Assembly: GCA_965261195.1 (NCBI GenBank)
Contig: CBDHDC010000001.1
Location: 15,260 to 79,259, forward strand
Length of the DNA: 64,000 nucleotides
From: Dehalococcoidia bacterium
Lineage (GTDB): Bacteria; Chloroflexota; Dehalococcoidia; Lucifugimonadales; UBA3495
Direction of reading: 5' to 3'
Shown in pieces: positions 18,771 to 28,974 of this stretch. Position 1 is the first letter of the stretch, and each line of letters opens with the position of its first letter. Position numbers and translations under genes: made by a program. The notes under the pieces were generated by a model, which was not told the origin of the DNA, did no database searches, and was given only the letters and a program-made list of their open reading frames with translations.

Positions 18771-21700
18771 TTACCCCGCCACCCTGGTCTCCGTATCTCC
18801 CGCAGAGAATGCACTCATGTAAGCCAAGATAAGACTGCGGGTTCGGTAAGTGCCGAACTCGGCCTCGTCTTCCTTTTGCACGATGGGGAACGTGCTCAAT
18901 ATGTAGTCGGCGTCATCACGCGAAAGGCCGTAAAGACGGAAATAGAGTGCGTCGAGGCGAGCGCGCAGGTGTCGGCGCTCCTCCTCGTCCCAAATGAACG
19001 GCGGGCCGTCGCAGCCAAGGTCGCGAGCGAACGGGCCCATATCGTCGGCGGTATAGGTGAGCCGGAGCACGTGGTCCCGGACGAGGTCACGCGCAGTCGT
19101 CGTACCGAACTGCTGGCCGTAATCGTCAGGTGCAATGACGGGGAGCTGCTCTATGATGAACAAATTCAAAGTCTGGCCCTGTACTTTCTGCCGTGTCGCG
19201 AAGTCAAATACCATTGCGTTGAGATTGGCGGCCAGCAACCATTCATTGCGATTTGCCTGTTGTGGCTTGAAAATCGGCACCTTGTTTCCGAATCCGACCG
19301 TGGGGAACAGAGCGGCGATAAACGTCCTCGCATTCGTGGAGGCGGTGATTTCCTTGAATCCGAGAACCCATTCCGTTCCAGAATCCCATCCGCAATCAGA
19401 TGCCGGCACCCAGAACTGGGGCTCCGGCAACCAACCTGTATTGGCGTGTTCGGCGAGACTGGTTGCCCGCGGTTGAGCCGGCCGGTTCAGGTTTTGCGGA
19501 TTCACGACCACACTGGCGGCCCGGTGGTCGAACGCCTGCACCATCTTGCCCTCATACAGGGGCAGATACAGTTCCTCGCCCTTCTTCCAACGGTTACCTT
19601 CGACACGGTAGAATCCCTCGTTGTCCAGTTGCGCCGCAGTGCGGAACAGATGGGAGTCGTTGGTCATATGGAACATCGTGTGGTAACGCACCGGCCACGC
19701 CCTTCGTTCTCCACCGCCCGCCCGGTCCACCAATACCGGCTGCTGCTCATAGATGCGGCGCGTGATCTCAGCATCCCTTCGCGTGCGAAAAACCGGAGCT
19801 GTTCCGGTGTTGGGGTTCACCAGGTCGAAGTCCGCGGGGTCCAGCGCAAAGCAGCGTTCCGGATCCTCAATGGTATTGGAGTCGTGGAGGAAGAAGGCGC
19901 ACCGGGTTTCACCGAATCGTCGCTCTTCACCGCCGAATATCAGTGCGCAGAACTTGAACCGGGAGTCCACATCGGGGAAGAAGGGTGGGAGGTCTGTGCC
20001 GAGACGCCGGTTCTCGAAGTCGAACAGGCCGCCCAGGCGCCCGCTAGTGGAAACGGACTTGAAGAACTTAGCCGCGGTCTTGTCGGCATAGATGCCCGAC
20101 GGCGTCAGCAGCCCCACGATGCCATCGGGCTTGACCAACTCCATGGCGCGTTCAATAAACAGCGAGTAGAGGTTGATGTCGCCGCCGCCGAGCAGGGGAT
20201 AGTGTCCGGACGCGCGGACCATCTTGCCCAGGGTTTCGGCCCGTTCCTTCGCCGCGTCGAACTCGGACGCCAGGGGAGACCCGCTGGCGCGCAACCGGTC
20301 TACGCCGTTCTTCCGGGCGGCGGCGGTCGGAGCGTGGGCCAACTCCGGTGAGCGGGTGGCGAACCACTCCACCTCCTGCAGCTTGATCCGGTCCCAGGGC
20401 GGGTTGCCGATGACGGCGTCGAACCCGCCCTGGGGATGCGCGCTCTGCCAACTGTGCCAGACGCCGGGGAACGCGGCCTCCCAGTGCAGGAATCCCTCGC
20501 GCTCCGCGATGGACCTGGTCTCATTCCAAAGGTCGGTGAACGCTGACTCCAGGGGACTTCCGTCCGTAAACTCTCCCCGCGCCAGCAGGCTGTATGCTTC
20601 GTCCGGCTGCTCAGCGAGGGTGTCAACCAGCTGCGACTCGAAGGCTCGGCGCTCCCGCTGCTTCATGCCGGCGGTCAGCCAGCGCAAGCCGGTCAGGAGA
20701 TCCAGCAGGCTGCGCAGGTCCGCTGTAGTATCCTCCACTTCCTGGAACAGGGTGGCCGACTGCCTGACCTCCACGATGTCGGCGTCGGACATCTCCTCGA
20801 TACGCTCCATCCCATCCGTGGCGGCTTCCGCTCCGGTTATGGCTGAACTGGCGAACAGTCCGCCCAGACGGTTCAGTTCCGCAGTAGCTTCCATCACCCG
20901 CAGGCCGACCAGGGAGTCGCCGGAGCGCAGGTGGTGATCCAGAAAGGACAGCGGCGCGCCGACGGTGAAGCTGTGCAGCCACAGCGACACCTTAGCCAGT
21001 TCCACGGTCAGGGGGTTCTTGTCCGCACCGTAGATGCAGCGCTTGAGCACCATCCGCCGGATGATGGCCTGGTCGGTGAGTTGGGCCTGGTCCATCACCC
21101 AGTCCGCTGCCTGGGCCCGTTGGGCGATGTCCTGACGGATTGCGGCCACCCGCTCCACCAAAGGCGATACGTACTCGCCATCGAGCCACTCCGGAACCCC
21201 GGGCGCGTGTTCCACCATTTCAGCGATATAGTCGGACAGAAAATCGACGGCGGTGACCAGAAAGTGGCCGCTGCCCATGGCCGGGTCGAGCACCTTGAGG
21301 TCCAGTACCGCCTCGGCCGGGTCCAGCTGCAGCAACTCGGCATAGCGCTCGGCTTTGGGCCTGGGGTCGCCAGCCAACTCAACAGCCTTCTCCACGAAAG
21401 CCGCCAGCCGCTCCTCTGCCAGGGGCTTCAGGGTCTGGTCCACAATCAGATCGACCAGTTCCTGAGACGTGAAGAAGCTGCCGCTATCCTTGCGGGCGTA
21501 GCTGTTGGGGCGTGCGACGACCTTGCCATCGTCGTCCCAAACCGGCTCACGCTCCAGCAGGCGCTCGTAGATGGACCCCAACTGCTGGACCGACATATCT
21601 CGATAGTTGACGAAGCGCCGTCCCTCGGGGGTCTCGGTGTGGCTCAGGTCGTAGATTATCGGGGCAATCGCAGCATCGGGTAGACGGACGTTGGCCAACA

Positions 21701-22793
21701 GCGGAGCGGCCGCGTCGTTGAACAGGCCGCCGTTGTAGGGCGGCAGGCCGATGGCCGCGTCGCCCTGGTCAATGAGTTGGCTAAGCGTCATCAGGTGATC
21801 GTAGTAGTTAGTGGCTCGCGACGAGAGCGCCGAGCCGTCCGCCATCCGGCGGGCGATATCGTCCCGGACCGGTTTCCGCAGGCCGTAATCCTCATATCGA
21901 GAGTCGTTGACAGGAAGCAGGCCGCGGTCCTCGGCGTAGAGCACAAAGAGCAGTCGATAGAAGAGGATGAGCGCCGGCGCGCGGAGTTCCGCAAGCTCCT
22001 GCTGTTGTGTGTGCTCCGCCAGCGCCTGGACCAACCTCGGAAAGGCCCGCTCAAAGACCACGGCGGAGAGGTCCTGCGCCACCTGCTGTTCGTAACGCCG
22101 CCCCTCGGCCAGCGCCGTTTCCAGGAAGCTGACCGTGGCGCCCTCCTGCGCTTCGAATGAGTCGCGGCGGAATAGCAGGTAGAAGGTGCGGAGGCGGTCG
22201 GTATCGCCAGACTCCAGTATCTCGCCGAGGCTGGCCTCGAAGTAACCGGTGGCCCGGGGACGGGCGCGGTAGTCGTAGAGACGCCATACGCCGCCGTTGG
22301 TCAGAACCCCCCACCTGATGCGGCCCTCCGACTCGACCTCGGCCGTCGACAAATACCTGACTATCTGATCATGGGGCGTCGTGGCCTGGCGCCGGCCGTC
22401 CTGACCGCGGGCGTCCAGGGGAAGACCGAACCGCTTGCTCTCTTCCACCACAACAGCATCGCGGTAACGCTCTTCCGCGCTAGCTCTGGCGATGGTCAGT
22501 TCCTTGGCGTCAGCATCGGGAAACAGCAGGAGGTCCGGAATGTCTTCGTTCCGGGAGGCGCCTTGCTGTGGCAGGTAATCGGTCCATCCCAGCAGCTCCA
22601 GAACGGGACGGATCAGCTCCTGCTCGGTTACTGCTTCATTGGGGTCCTGAGCTTGCGACAAAGCGTGGTAGCTCTGCCTGACGCCGTTCCGGAATGCCTC
22701 GAACTCCAACTCAGAGGCGACCGATGTGTGCCACTCCGGCGTGGCTTTGATGCCGTCGGCGAGGAAGTAGTCGGTGAGTAAGCTGCCAGCCAT
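18771..22793 (-). CDS. type IIG (fused endonuclease / N6-adenine methyltransferase / TRD) restriction-modification enzyme, 1340 aa
   Basis: N-terminal PD-(D/E)xK motifs (IPDLLLF ... AVVVEESK ... WGVLTNGGVWRLY). SAM motif I VLDPAMGSGHFLV. Catalytic motif IV FDAVIGNPPWDRIK. A long C-terminal specificity-type region. Uninterrupted ORF. Confidence 0.8.
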   Translation of the reverse strand: MAGSLLTDYFLADGIKATPEWHTSVASELEFEAFRNGVRQSYHALSQAQDPNEAVTEQELIRPVLELLGWTDYLPQQGASRNEDIPDLLLFPDADAKELTIARASAEERYRDAVVVEESKRFGLPLDARGQDGRRQATTPHDQIVRYLSTAEVESEGRIRWGVLTNGGVWRLYDYRARPRATGYFEASLGEILESGDTDRLRTFYLLFRRDSFEAQEGATVSFLETALAEGRRYEQQVAQDLSAVVFERAFPRLVQALAEHTQQQELAELRAPALILFYRLLFVLYAEDRGLLPVNDSRYEDYGLRKPVRDDIARRMADGSALSSRATNYYDHLMTLSQLIDQGDAAIGLPPYNGGLFNDAAAPLLANVRLPDAAIAPIIYDLSHTETPEGRRFVNYRDMSVQQLGSIYERLLEREPVWDDDGKVVARPNSYARKDSGSFFTSQELVDLIVDQTLKPLAEERLAAFVEKAVELAGDPRPKAERYAELLQLDPAEAVLDLKVLDPAMGSGHFLVTAVDFLSDYIAEMVEHAPGVPEWLDGEYVSPLVERVAAIRQDIAQRAQAADWVMDQAQLTDQAIIRRMVLKRCIYGADKNPLTVELAKVSLWLHSFTVGAPLSFLDHHLRSGDSLVGLRVMEATAELNRLGGLFASSAITGAEAATDGMERIEEMSDADIVEVRQSATLFQEVEDTTADLRSLLDLLTGLRWLTAGMKQRERRAFESQLVDTLAEQPDEAYSLLARGEFTDGSPLESAFTDLWNETRSIAEREGFLHWEAAFPGVWHSWQSAHPQGGFDAVIGNPPWDRIKLQEVEWFATRSPELAHAPTAAARKNGVDRLRASGSPLASEFDAAKERAETLGKMVRASGHYPLLGGGDINLYSLFIERAMELVKPDGIVGLLTPSGIYADKTAAKFFKSVSTSGRLGGLFDFENRRLGTDLPPFFPDVDSRFKFCALIFGGEERRFGETRCAFFLHDSNTIEDPERCFALDPADFDLVNPNTGTAPVFRTRRDAEITRRIYEQQPVLVDRAGGGERRAWPVRYHTMFHMTNDSHLFRTAAQLDNEGFYRVEGNRWKKGEELYLPLYEGKMVQAFDHRAASVVVNPQNLNRPAQPRATSLAEHANTGWLPEPQFWVPASDCGWDSGTEWVLGFKEITASTNARTFIAALFPTVGFGNKVPIFKPQQANRNEWLLAANLNAMVFDFATRQKVQGQTLNLFIIEQLPVIAPDDYGQQFGTTTARDLVRDHVLRLTYTADDMGPFARDLGCDGPPFIWDEEERRHLRARLDALYFRLYGLSRDDADYILSTFPIVQKEDEAEFGTYRTRSLILAYMSAFSAGDTETRVAG

Positions 22794-23195
22794 GTCAAAT
22801 CCTGTTCAACCAGATCAGGGAGTACTTGCAGGGAAACTGCAGTATCGTTGTCCGAGCCTATCTTTGGGGTCATTTGTCGCAGGCACCACGCGTCGATCAG
22901 TTTTGCCGGTTCACTTCCACTTTCATGGAAGTATTGAACCCTCTCCGTTACTGCGATGTGTCGGTTCGGTAGCTGGGGACATCAAACCTCTAGGATAACG
23001 GATTGTGCACCACCTGGTCAGTCGCCATCGCGGTAGCCACGGGGTTGGCGAAGGCGTTTCTCGTGCGCGATTCGCTCAGCATTTGTACCTGATTCAGGCC
23101 GGCCATGGCTGGCGCCTCTTATAAAAGGCTCAGTAAACTATACCCCCGCCTGGGGCGGCGTGCTCTCCGGCCAACGTTCCAGATGCAATCTGGTA

Positions 23196-24167
23196 TCAAA
23201 ACCATTGGTCCTTATCGACCACGTTCAGCAGAGGCCTACCATCATTGAACCGGATGCAGTTATCTATGAACAAATTGGTGCGCCGGTCTCCCAAGTAGGG
23301 GCCTCTTCCAGCCACATGAGGTGTAATCAAGACACCGGGTGTTTCCCAGAGCGGGTGGTCGGTGGGCAAAGGCTCGGTTTGGAACACGTCCAGCCCGGCT
23401 CCGGCTAACTGGCCTTGTTGTAAGGCTTCCACAAGTTCGTCCAGTATCACGGTGGCTCCCCTTCCAATGTTGATGAAGAATGCGCTGGACTTCATGCGCT
23501 GAAACTGATTGATCCCAAACAGTCCTTGAGTCTGAGGGGTCTCAGGGACGGTGACGATGACGAAGTCTCCTCTTGGCAGCAGGTCGTTAAGGGCTTCTGG
23601 CCGGTGCAACTCGCTAACACCGGGGGGTGGCTCGTCAACTCGAGGGTCTACCGCAATGACAGTCATGCCGAACTCGGCGCACAGACGGGCCGCTTCTCCA
23701 CCGATGCCCCCGACTCCTACGATTACCACCGTGGCGTCCGGCAGATGGATTGTCTGGTATCCTGGACTCCATTGTCGATTAAGTTGTCGAGGGATATAAA
23801 CGTGTAATCCTCTAGCAAAAGCCAAAATGAACGACATGATATGGGCGCTGATGTGATCGCCGTAAATTTCCCGAGTGTTTGTCACCACAACATCGCTATC
23901 TATCAACGCCCGGTGATAATAGCCGGCCCTGGGACCAGCCTGAGGACAGGCAATCCATTTCAGGTTGTTAGCCCTTTCAAAGAGTTCAGGCGCTATATTC
24001 CCGAAGGCAGCGTCAACCTCGCCAATGACCTCCATGGCCTCTCCGACTGATTTGGATAGGTACACAATTACGTCCGGAATTTTATCCTTTAGCTTCTCAG
24101 GCCATGTGTCAACGTATGCCGTTTCTCCCTGTTCGGACGGGTTCAATATCAGCAGTTTAAACCCCAT
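23196..24167 (-). CDS. D-isomer-specific 2-hydroxyacid dehydrogenase
   Basis: VVIVGVGGIGGEAARLCAEFGMTVIAVDPR ... FINIGRGATVILDELVEALQQGQLAGAGLDVFQTEPLP...LITPHVAG. Start taken as MGFKLLILNP. Confidence 0.8.
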   Translation of the reverse strand: MGFKLLILNPSEQGETAYVDTWPEKLKDKIPDVIVYLSKSVGEAMEVIGEVDAAFGNIAPELFERANNLKWIACPQAGPRAGYYHRALIDSDVVVTNTREIYGDHISAHIMSFILAFARGLHVYIPRQLNRQWSPGYQTIHLPDATVVIVGVGGIGGEAARLCAEFGMTVIAVDPRVDEPPPGVSELHRPEALNDLLPRGDFVIVTVPETPQTQGLFGINQFQRMKSSAFFINIGRGATVILDELVEALQQGQLAGAGLDVFQTEPLPTDHPLWETPGVLITPHVAGRGPYLGDRRTNLFIDNCIRFNDGRPLLNVVDKDQWF

Positions 24168-24355
24168 AGCTTCAGTCCTCTCGGGTAGTACCAATTGGTG
24201 GACAAGTTTAGGTCGGGCTAATTTTAGCCCCAACATAGAACGAAGTCACCCAAAGGAATCTGATAGGATGGCGTCAACATAACAACACCCTCACGGGGAA
24301 CACCGGCAACCAAACGCGGTCGCGAAGAAAGCTGGCCAACTTAAAAAGGCGTTAA

Positions 24356-24862
24356 CGGCCATCGCAGGGCATACCGGCAGACTTTTTAGGACAACCTGAC
24401 GCTGCTCTCAATGATATTTATCTGATCGTGAACACTGTGGACGACCTCCCATCTGGCGCATATGTGTTCCACCGAGACCTGAAGGCTCTGGAGCTGCTGA
24501 AAGAAGGAGACTGCCGCCGGCAAGCTGGTCATCTGGGGCTCGATCAGCCGCTTCCGGCCGATGCCAGCGTCGACTTTTTCTTCATGACTAATCTGAATCC
24601 GATACTGGAGCGTTTTGGTAACCGGGGTTACCGGTTGGCTCAGCTGGATGCCAGTATCACAGCGGGCAAAATCTACCTGGCAGCCTATGCCCAAAGACTG
24701 GGGGCCTCTGGCCTGACGTTTTACGACGACCAAGTATCCGGATTCTTCTCGCCCCACGCGGAAGGTAAAAGCGTGATGTTCCTGGTGGCGCTGGGGAAGC
24801 GAGCCAGGCGTAGGCTAGTCACCCTCGACACCAGTCGGCTGAGGCAACAGCACAACTTGTAA
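24356..24862 (+). pseudogene. 5'-truncated SagB-type dehydrogenase / nitroreductase-fold gene
   Basis: The frame opens after TAA at 24353 and reads ...DIYLIVNTVDDLPSGAYVFHRDLKALELL...FGNRGYRLAQLDASITAGKIYLAAYAQRLGASGLTFYDD. The N-terminal roughly one-third of the fold is missing. Confidence 0.5.
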
Positions 24863-25019
24863 AGGGCACCCCACTTAAGGAACTTGACCATCGCCGAGGA
24901 GTTGCCATACCTGGAGAGAGGACACACCTCTCCGAGACCAAGCGAGCAAATTTTAGAAGTAGAGACTATCAAGGTCCCAAAACCGTCAAGCTAGAAACCG
25001 GAGTCGAGGAGTGCTTTGC

Positions 25020-25412
25020 ATGAGAGTGTATTGGCGAAAGGTAAAAAGGGGAGAGACCCTGATTCTCAGTGACGAAAACGACGGCCATGAAGAGGAGCTT
25101 GGAGGGTTCCGAGACACCAAACGGGGCATCGACGCGTTGGCGAAGACTTTTAGCTACGACCCGAGCCGCTCCCGGAAGGGGTTCCCATCTATCGAAGAAG
25201 CCAAGGATTTCGTGGAGTCCTTCAGACCTTGGGAGCTATTCGGCACCCAGGGCGTTACTGTCGACCCTGGGGTTAGGCCCGCCCTAGATTCGGCCACAAC
25301 AGACACAGCGGCCACAACGGACACAGCGGGCACGCCAGACCAGCCGGCGCAGTCGATGGTGGCGGACCTGCGATCAACGAGAGGATGGTGGCAGTTCTGG
25401 AAGAAGAGTTAG
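25020..25412 (+). CDS. hypothetical protein
   Basis: Listed ORF (MRVYWRKVKRGETLILSDENDGHEEELGGFRDTKRG...). No family recognised. Confidence 0.35.
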   Translation: MRVYWRKVKRGETLILSDENDGHEEELGGFRDTKRGIDALAKTFSYDPSRSRKGFPSIEEAKDFVESFRPWELFGTQGVTVDPGVRPALDSATTDTAATTDTAGTPDQPAQSMVADLRSTRGWWQFWKKS

Positions 25413-25594
25413 ACGCTCCATGACCCTCCCGCCAGAGACCCGCGCCAGTAGATGCCACTTGGCTTTGGTTTAGCCCGAATCCACCGAAAAGATGAGTGTC
25501 GCGGCGGGTTGAATGGGTAAGAAAGTGCTCCTGTGCGTCTGGGATAATGGTTTTCGAGACAGAAAACCAGCCAGAAACAAGGAGCACCCAATAG

Positions 25595-25920
25595 ATGCTG
25601 CCACGCCACCACCCCGACCGCATCCGCATCGCCTTCGACGACCACCGCCTGGTCAACAATGCCGGGCTGATCCTTCCCGCCACGTTGGCCTTGCACCTGG
25701 GCCTGGGCGATGCGCCAGGCCGAGCCAATCCTGGCGATAAGATTTCGACTCTGGTGACCTCGGCGCTGGCGGGCGGCGACTGCATCGACGATGCCAATGT
25801 GTTGCGCACCGGCGGGACAGCCTGCACCCTGGGCAGTGTGGTCAAGGCGCCATCCACCCTGGGCACCTTCCTGCGCAGCTTCAGGTGGGGCCACGTCCGC
25901 CAGCTGGACCGGGTGAGCCG
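25595..25920 (+). pseudogene. N-terminal fragment of an IS1380-family transposase
   Basis: FDDHRLVNNAGLILPATLALHLGLGDAPGRANPGDKISTLVTSALAGGDCIDDANVLRTGGTACTLGSVVKAPSTLGTFLRSFRWGHVRQLDRVS, after which similarity ends. Confidence 0.7.
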
Positions 25921-26060
25921 CCGATGTCACCGTGCTGCACTGCCGGATTCCCACGGAACTGCACCGCCGGCTGCGGCATCTGATGGTCGACGAGGGTCCC
26001 AGCGTCACGGCCCTGGTGATCGACTTTCTCGAGGAGGGGCTGCAGCAGAGAGGCCGATAG
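25921..26060 (+). pseudogene. C-terminal fragment of a CopG/RHH-family gene fused to the IS1380 scrap
   Basis: My translation: ADVTVLHCRIPTELHRRLRHLMVDEGPSVTALVIDFLEEGLQQRGR*, with TAG at 26058-26060. Confidence 0.45.
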
Positions 26061-26507
26061 GCTGCGGCGGAGACCCTCCTGCATCTGGTGCGTCGGTGCG
26101 ATGGTGTAGAGGAGTATTGGAGATCTGGACCTTGCGAGGCACCTGCGCGATCCAGGCAGCGGCGGCGGTATCCCATGTGTCCGACTCCAACACCAACGTT
26201 GACACCGACACCGGAACCAGGGGATGTCGGGACGCCGCCATCGCCCATCCGGACGCGGGCGATGGCCTCCTACAGCTTCATACAGCTCGAGTGGGACATC
26301 CCGGAGGGCAGCGGCATCACCAGCTGCCAGATCCTGTGGGGACCGGACGCAGACTCCCTGGCAGTCCTGCTGAACGACATCCACCGGGACGCCAAGGGGT
26401 TCGTGGAGCGGGGGGTGGAGCCAGAGACCTCCTGGCGGACGCGCTTGCAGCGGCAGCATCCGCCATAACCAAAAGGAATTGACGTAACAGGGGTTAAGCG
26501 AACCAAG

Positions 26508-26745
26508 ATGAAGTTGATTGCCCTGGCCCTGGTAGGCGTCCTGATGGTGGTTACTGTCGCGTGTGGCGGGGAAGAGCCAACCCGCCACACGCCGCCGCCT
26601 CCCCAGTCGGCGCCGGTCCAAGAGGAGTACTCGCCAGAAATGAAGCAGTTCTGCGATAGGTTTGGGCGGTCGGTTGGCCAGTTGCGAGCGCAAGGTTACA
26701 GCAGTGAGGAATTGTTCCAAGCCCTGTTAGAGAAAGGATGGACTA
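26508..26745 (+). pseudogene. lipoprotein gene interrupted by the MITE/IS chain
   Basis: Signal peptide plus lipobox (MKLIALALVGVLMVVTVAC). The ORF reads straight into MITE sequence from 26746 onward. Confidence 0.55.
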
Positions 26746-26860
26746 GTACTCAGTCAACCGTGAAATCGCAGTATCTTTGGAACAGCGTAACCCCAGAGTG
26801 GTTGCCTATCGGGCCTTACCGAGGCCGCCGAACCCTTCGATTCCAAACATGACTGAACAC
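26746..26860. mobile_element. IS630-type MITE, family M1 (115 bp)
   Basis: GTACTCAGTCAACCGTGAAATCGCAG...TTCCAAACATGACTGAACAC, TA on both sides. About 90% identical to 40065-40179. Confidence 0.85.
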
Positions 26861-26862
26861 TA

Positions 26863-27008
26863 AACTAAAGCCAAGGTGGGATGTGCATTTAAGTGGCGAT
26901 GATGATCATCTGGGTTACGCCGGTGAATCCCCCTCATCCGTACTTGGAGAATGACCCGGCTCCGTCGTCTGACCCTCACCGTCTGCGCATTTCACCTTGG
27001 CTTCAGTT
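26863..27008. mobile_element. MITE, V family subtype V1 (inverted relative to 40683-40827)
   Basis: AACTAAAGCCAAGGTGGGATG...CATTTCACCTTGGCTTCAGTT, TA-flanked. The interior is the reverse complement of the other V1 copies. Confidence 0.85.
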
Positions 27009-27010
27009 TA

Positions 27011-27124
27011 GTACTCAGTCACGTCAGGAATGAAAGTTTCCGAAAGGCTCCTTGGAAGACGCGCCATGTTGACACACGAAGAAACTTCAAAAATGACCCT
27101 TGCATTCCAAACATGACTGACTAC
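27011..27124. mobile_element. IS630-type MITE, family M2 (114 bp)
   Basis: GTACTCAGTCACGTCAGGAATGAAAG...CCAAACATGACTGACTAC. About 92% identical to 35888-36001. TA-flanked. Confidence 0.85.
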
Positions 27125-27126
27125 TA

Positions 27127-27253
27127 GTACCGGTTCCAGATAGTCTTGTCGATACTGGAAAGTCACTTCCAACTGTGGATTCCAGCTTGCGCGGGAACGA
27201 CGGGCAGGTGAAACGGGTATCTGGTATAAGGCATATTCAAGTGGAAACGGTAC
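27127..27253. mobile_element. MITE family M3 (127 bp, TIR GTACCGGTTCC)
   Basis: GTACCGGTTCCAGATAG...GTGGAAACGGTAC. The reverse complement of this element is at 36004-36130. TA-flanked. Confidence 0.85.
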
Positions 27254-27255
27254 TA

Positions 27256-28474
27256 GTAGTCAGTCAATCTTGGAATCAAAGAGATAGAGACGGTGAAGTT
27301 TGGAACGGGCGTCTTGGGTGTTGAACTGCCAGTTAATGGTGGTCTGGGCGGCGTTGCGCTCCGTCACCAGGGCCTGGACTTCCCGCTGCAGCGTCTCCTC
27401 ATCGGCCAGGCGCCTCTTGAGGCAGCAGCGGGACAGCACGCTGAACTCGATCTCCGCCATGTTCAGCCAACTGCCATGCTTGGGGGTGTAGTGGAACTCC
27501 AACCGTTTCGCAATCCGCCAGGCTTCGGCCGCTGGGAACGTCTCGTACAGGGACGCCGTGCGATGGGTGTTGAGATTGTCCAGGACCACCCGTACCACCG
27601 GGACCTCCGGATAGGCTTCATCCACCAGCCAGCGCATCTGATGGGCGAAGTCCTGCATCGTGCGCCGCTGGGTCACCGCCACCTGCCGCCAACCCGCCAA
27701 CGGCTCACAGGCCATAAACAGGTTGCGCGTGCCCTCCCGCCGGTACTCGTAGTCCTGCCGCAGGGGGATCCCAGGCCGAGCCGGGAGCGCCGGCCGCGTC
27801 TCCGCCAACAATTGGGAGGAGGTCTCGTCGAAGCAGACCACCGGCCTCTGGGAGTCATAGGGTTCGGCGTACAGGTCCAGCACGTCCTCCATGTGGGCCA
27901 CGAACTCGGCGCTCACCTTGGGAATGCACCACTCCCGCTTCTGCCAGGGCTTGAGGATGTTTTTTCAAGTGCAGCCGCACTGTCTCATGGGACAGCGATG
28001 GCGCCAGCCCCAATTCCACCACTTTGCCGGCCAGCAGCCGCAGGGTCCAGTGGCCGTGGCCTTCCGGCGCCGGGCTGCAGGCCAGAGCGATCAGGTGGGC
28101 CTCCCCCCGGTCGTCCAGCTTCCGGCGCCGGTGGGCCTGGGACCGGTCCTTGAGCGCCCCGTCCACGCCATCCTCGGCGAAGCGCCGCTTGATCCGGTAC
28201 ACCGTGCCGTCAACCACGTCCAGGGCTTGGGCCACCTGGGGTTGCAGGCCAACCCTGGCCGGTCTTGATCAGGATGCGGGCCCGCGTAACCACCCGGGCA
28301 GCGCTCTTGCCAGCCCGAACCAGATGCTCCAATTGGTCCCGCTGCTCCGCAGTCAGCCGGACTCCATACTTTTCCCTGACCATACCGCCACCTCCCAGCA
28401 ACACTATCCACAGTCAGGGTAGCTGCTTCAGTCAGTCTTTCACATTACCATCTAAATCCAGTTTGACTGACTAC
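27256..28474 (-). mobile_element. IS630-family element, copy 2, full length (1219 bp) but transposase needs two frame corrections
   Basis: TIRs GTAGTCAGTCAA (27256) and TTGACTGACTAC (28474), with a TA each side inside a CTAG context. ORFs: MVREKYGVRLTAEQRDQLEHLVRAGKSAARVV (from 28383), 27855..28235, and the DDE half at 27260..27916. Frame breaks lie near 28262 and at the A6 run 27961-27966. Confidence 0.9.
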
Positions 28475-28481
28475 TAGTTTC

Positions 28482-28962
28482 ATGGCTGTCTGGCGCTACA
28501 CCGGTTACTTGATGGGCATTCCAGAGACTATCCTGTTCCGAGACGCGGAGGAAGCCCTGAGACTTCACGACATCGGGCTCATGTGTGAGCCGTCTGCCCA
28601 AAGGGAATCCATTGTCATGGCCCATGCTTTGATAAACTCGGCTCCGATAGTGGCCGGAATGAGCGATCCCAATGACCGGCGCAAGCTATCCCAGTACGCG
28701 TACCATCTTACCCGAGGACTTATCGGGGACACCCTTGCGAATCAGCTTGAGTTTCCGAAGGGATCGTCCTTTGGAGTTGTCGCCCGGTTTCGCATTGAAG
28801 AGCGGTTAAATCGAATCCTGCGTCAGCTGAGCCCGGGATATGGTCAAAAGGCCAATCTCAACAAGTTCACCGGCTTGCTCGAGACCTCCTTGGTACGACG
28901 AGGCGGGCATCAGTTACCGGCTTCCCGACCACGTATACGCCGAAGAATCCAGCCGGTGGTGA
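28482..28962 (+). pseudogene. C-terminal part of an MpaB/DUF2236-like oxygenase gene
   Basis: WRYTGYLMGIPETILFRDAEEALRLHD... resembles the mid/C-terminal part of that family. It begins at the IS630 junction. A possible 1-nt frameshift near 28895 would end it at TGA 28960-28962. Confidence 0.4.
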
Positions 28963-28974
28963 GCCAGTGTCCGG

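Noticed and set aside
18771-22793. Reading the 1340-aa methylase-containing protein as BREX PglX.
   Set aside because: It carries an N-terminal D...ExK nuclease-type motif and TNG..WRLY block typical of type IIG enzymes. No PglZ, BrxA/B or BrxL is present. The DUF499 gene is 35 kb away in a different operon.
22998-23114. A 38-aa minus-strand ORF (MAGLNQVQMLSESRTRNAFANPVATAMATDQVVHNPLS) upstream of the type IIG gene. I considered it as a RiPP precursor because a SagB-like fragment lies at 24.4 kb.
   Set aside because: It has no Cys/Ser/Thr-rich core, no recognisable leader motif and no cyclodehydratase. The SagB-like gene is a truncated fragment 1.2 kb away across another gene.
26508-28962. 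Conceptually removing the five-element chain (26746-28476) joins the lipoprotein ORF in frame to the MpaB-like ORF (…EKGW-TS-FMAVWRYTGYLMGIPE…).
   Set aside because: Frame continuity has a 1-in-3 chance. The 79-aa lipoprotein N-terminus does not resemble the missing N-terminal part of MpaB/DUF2236 proteins. I therefore treat the two as separate fragments. This is worth re-checking against homologues.
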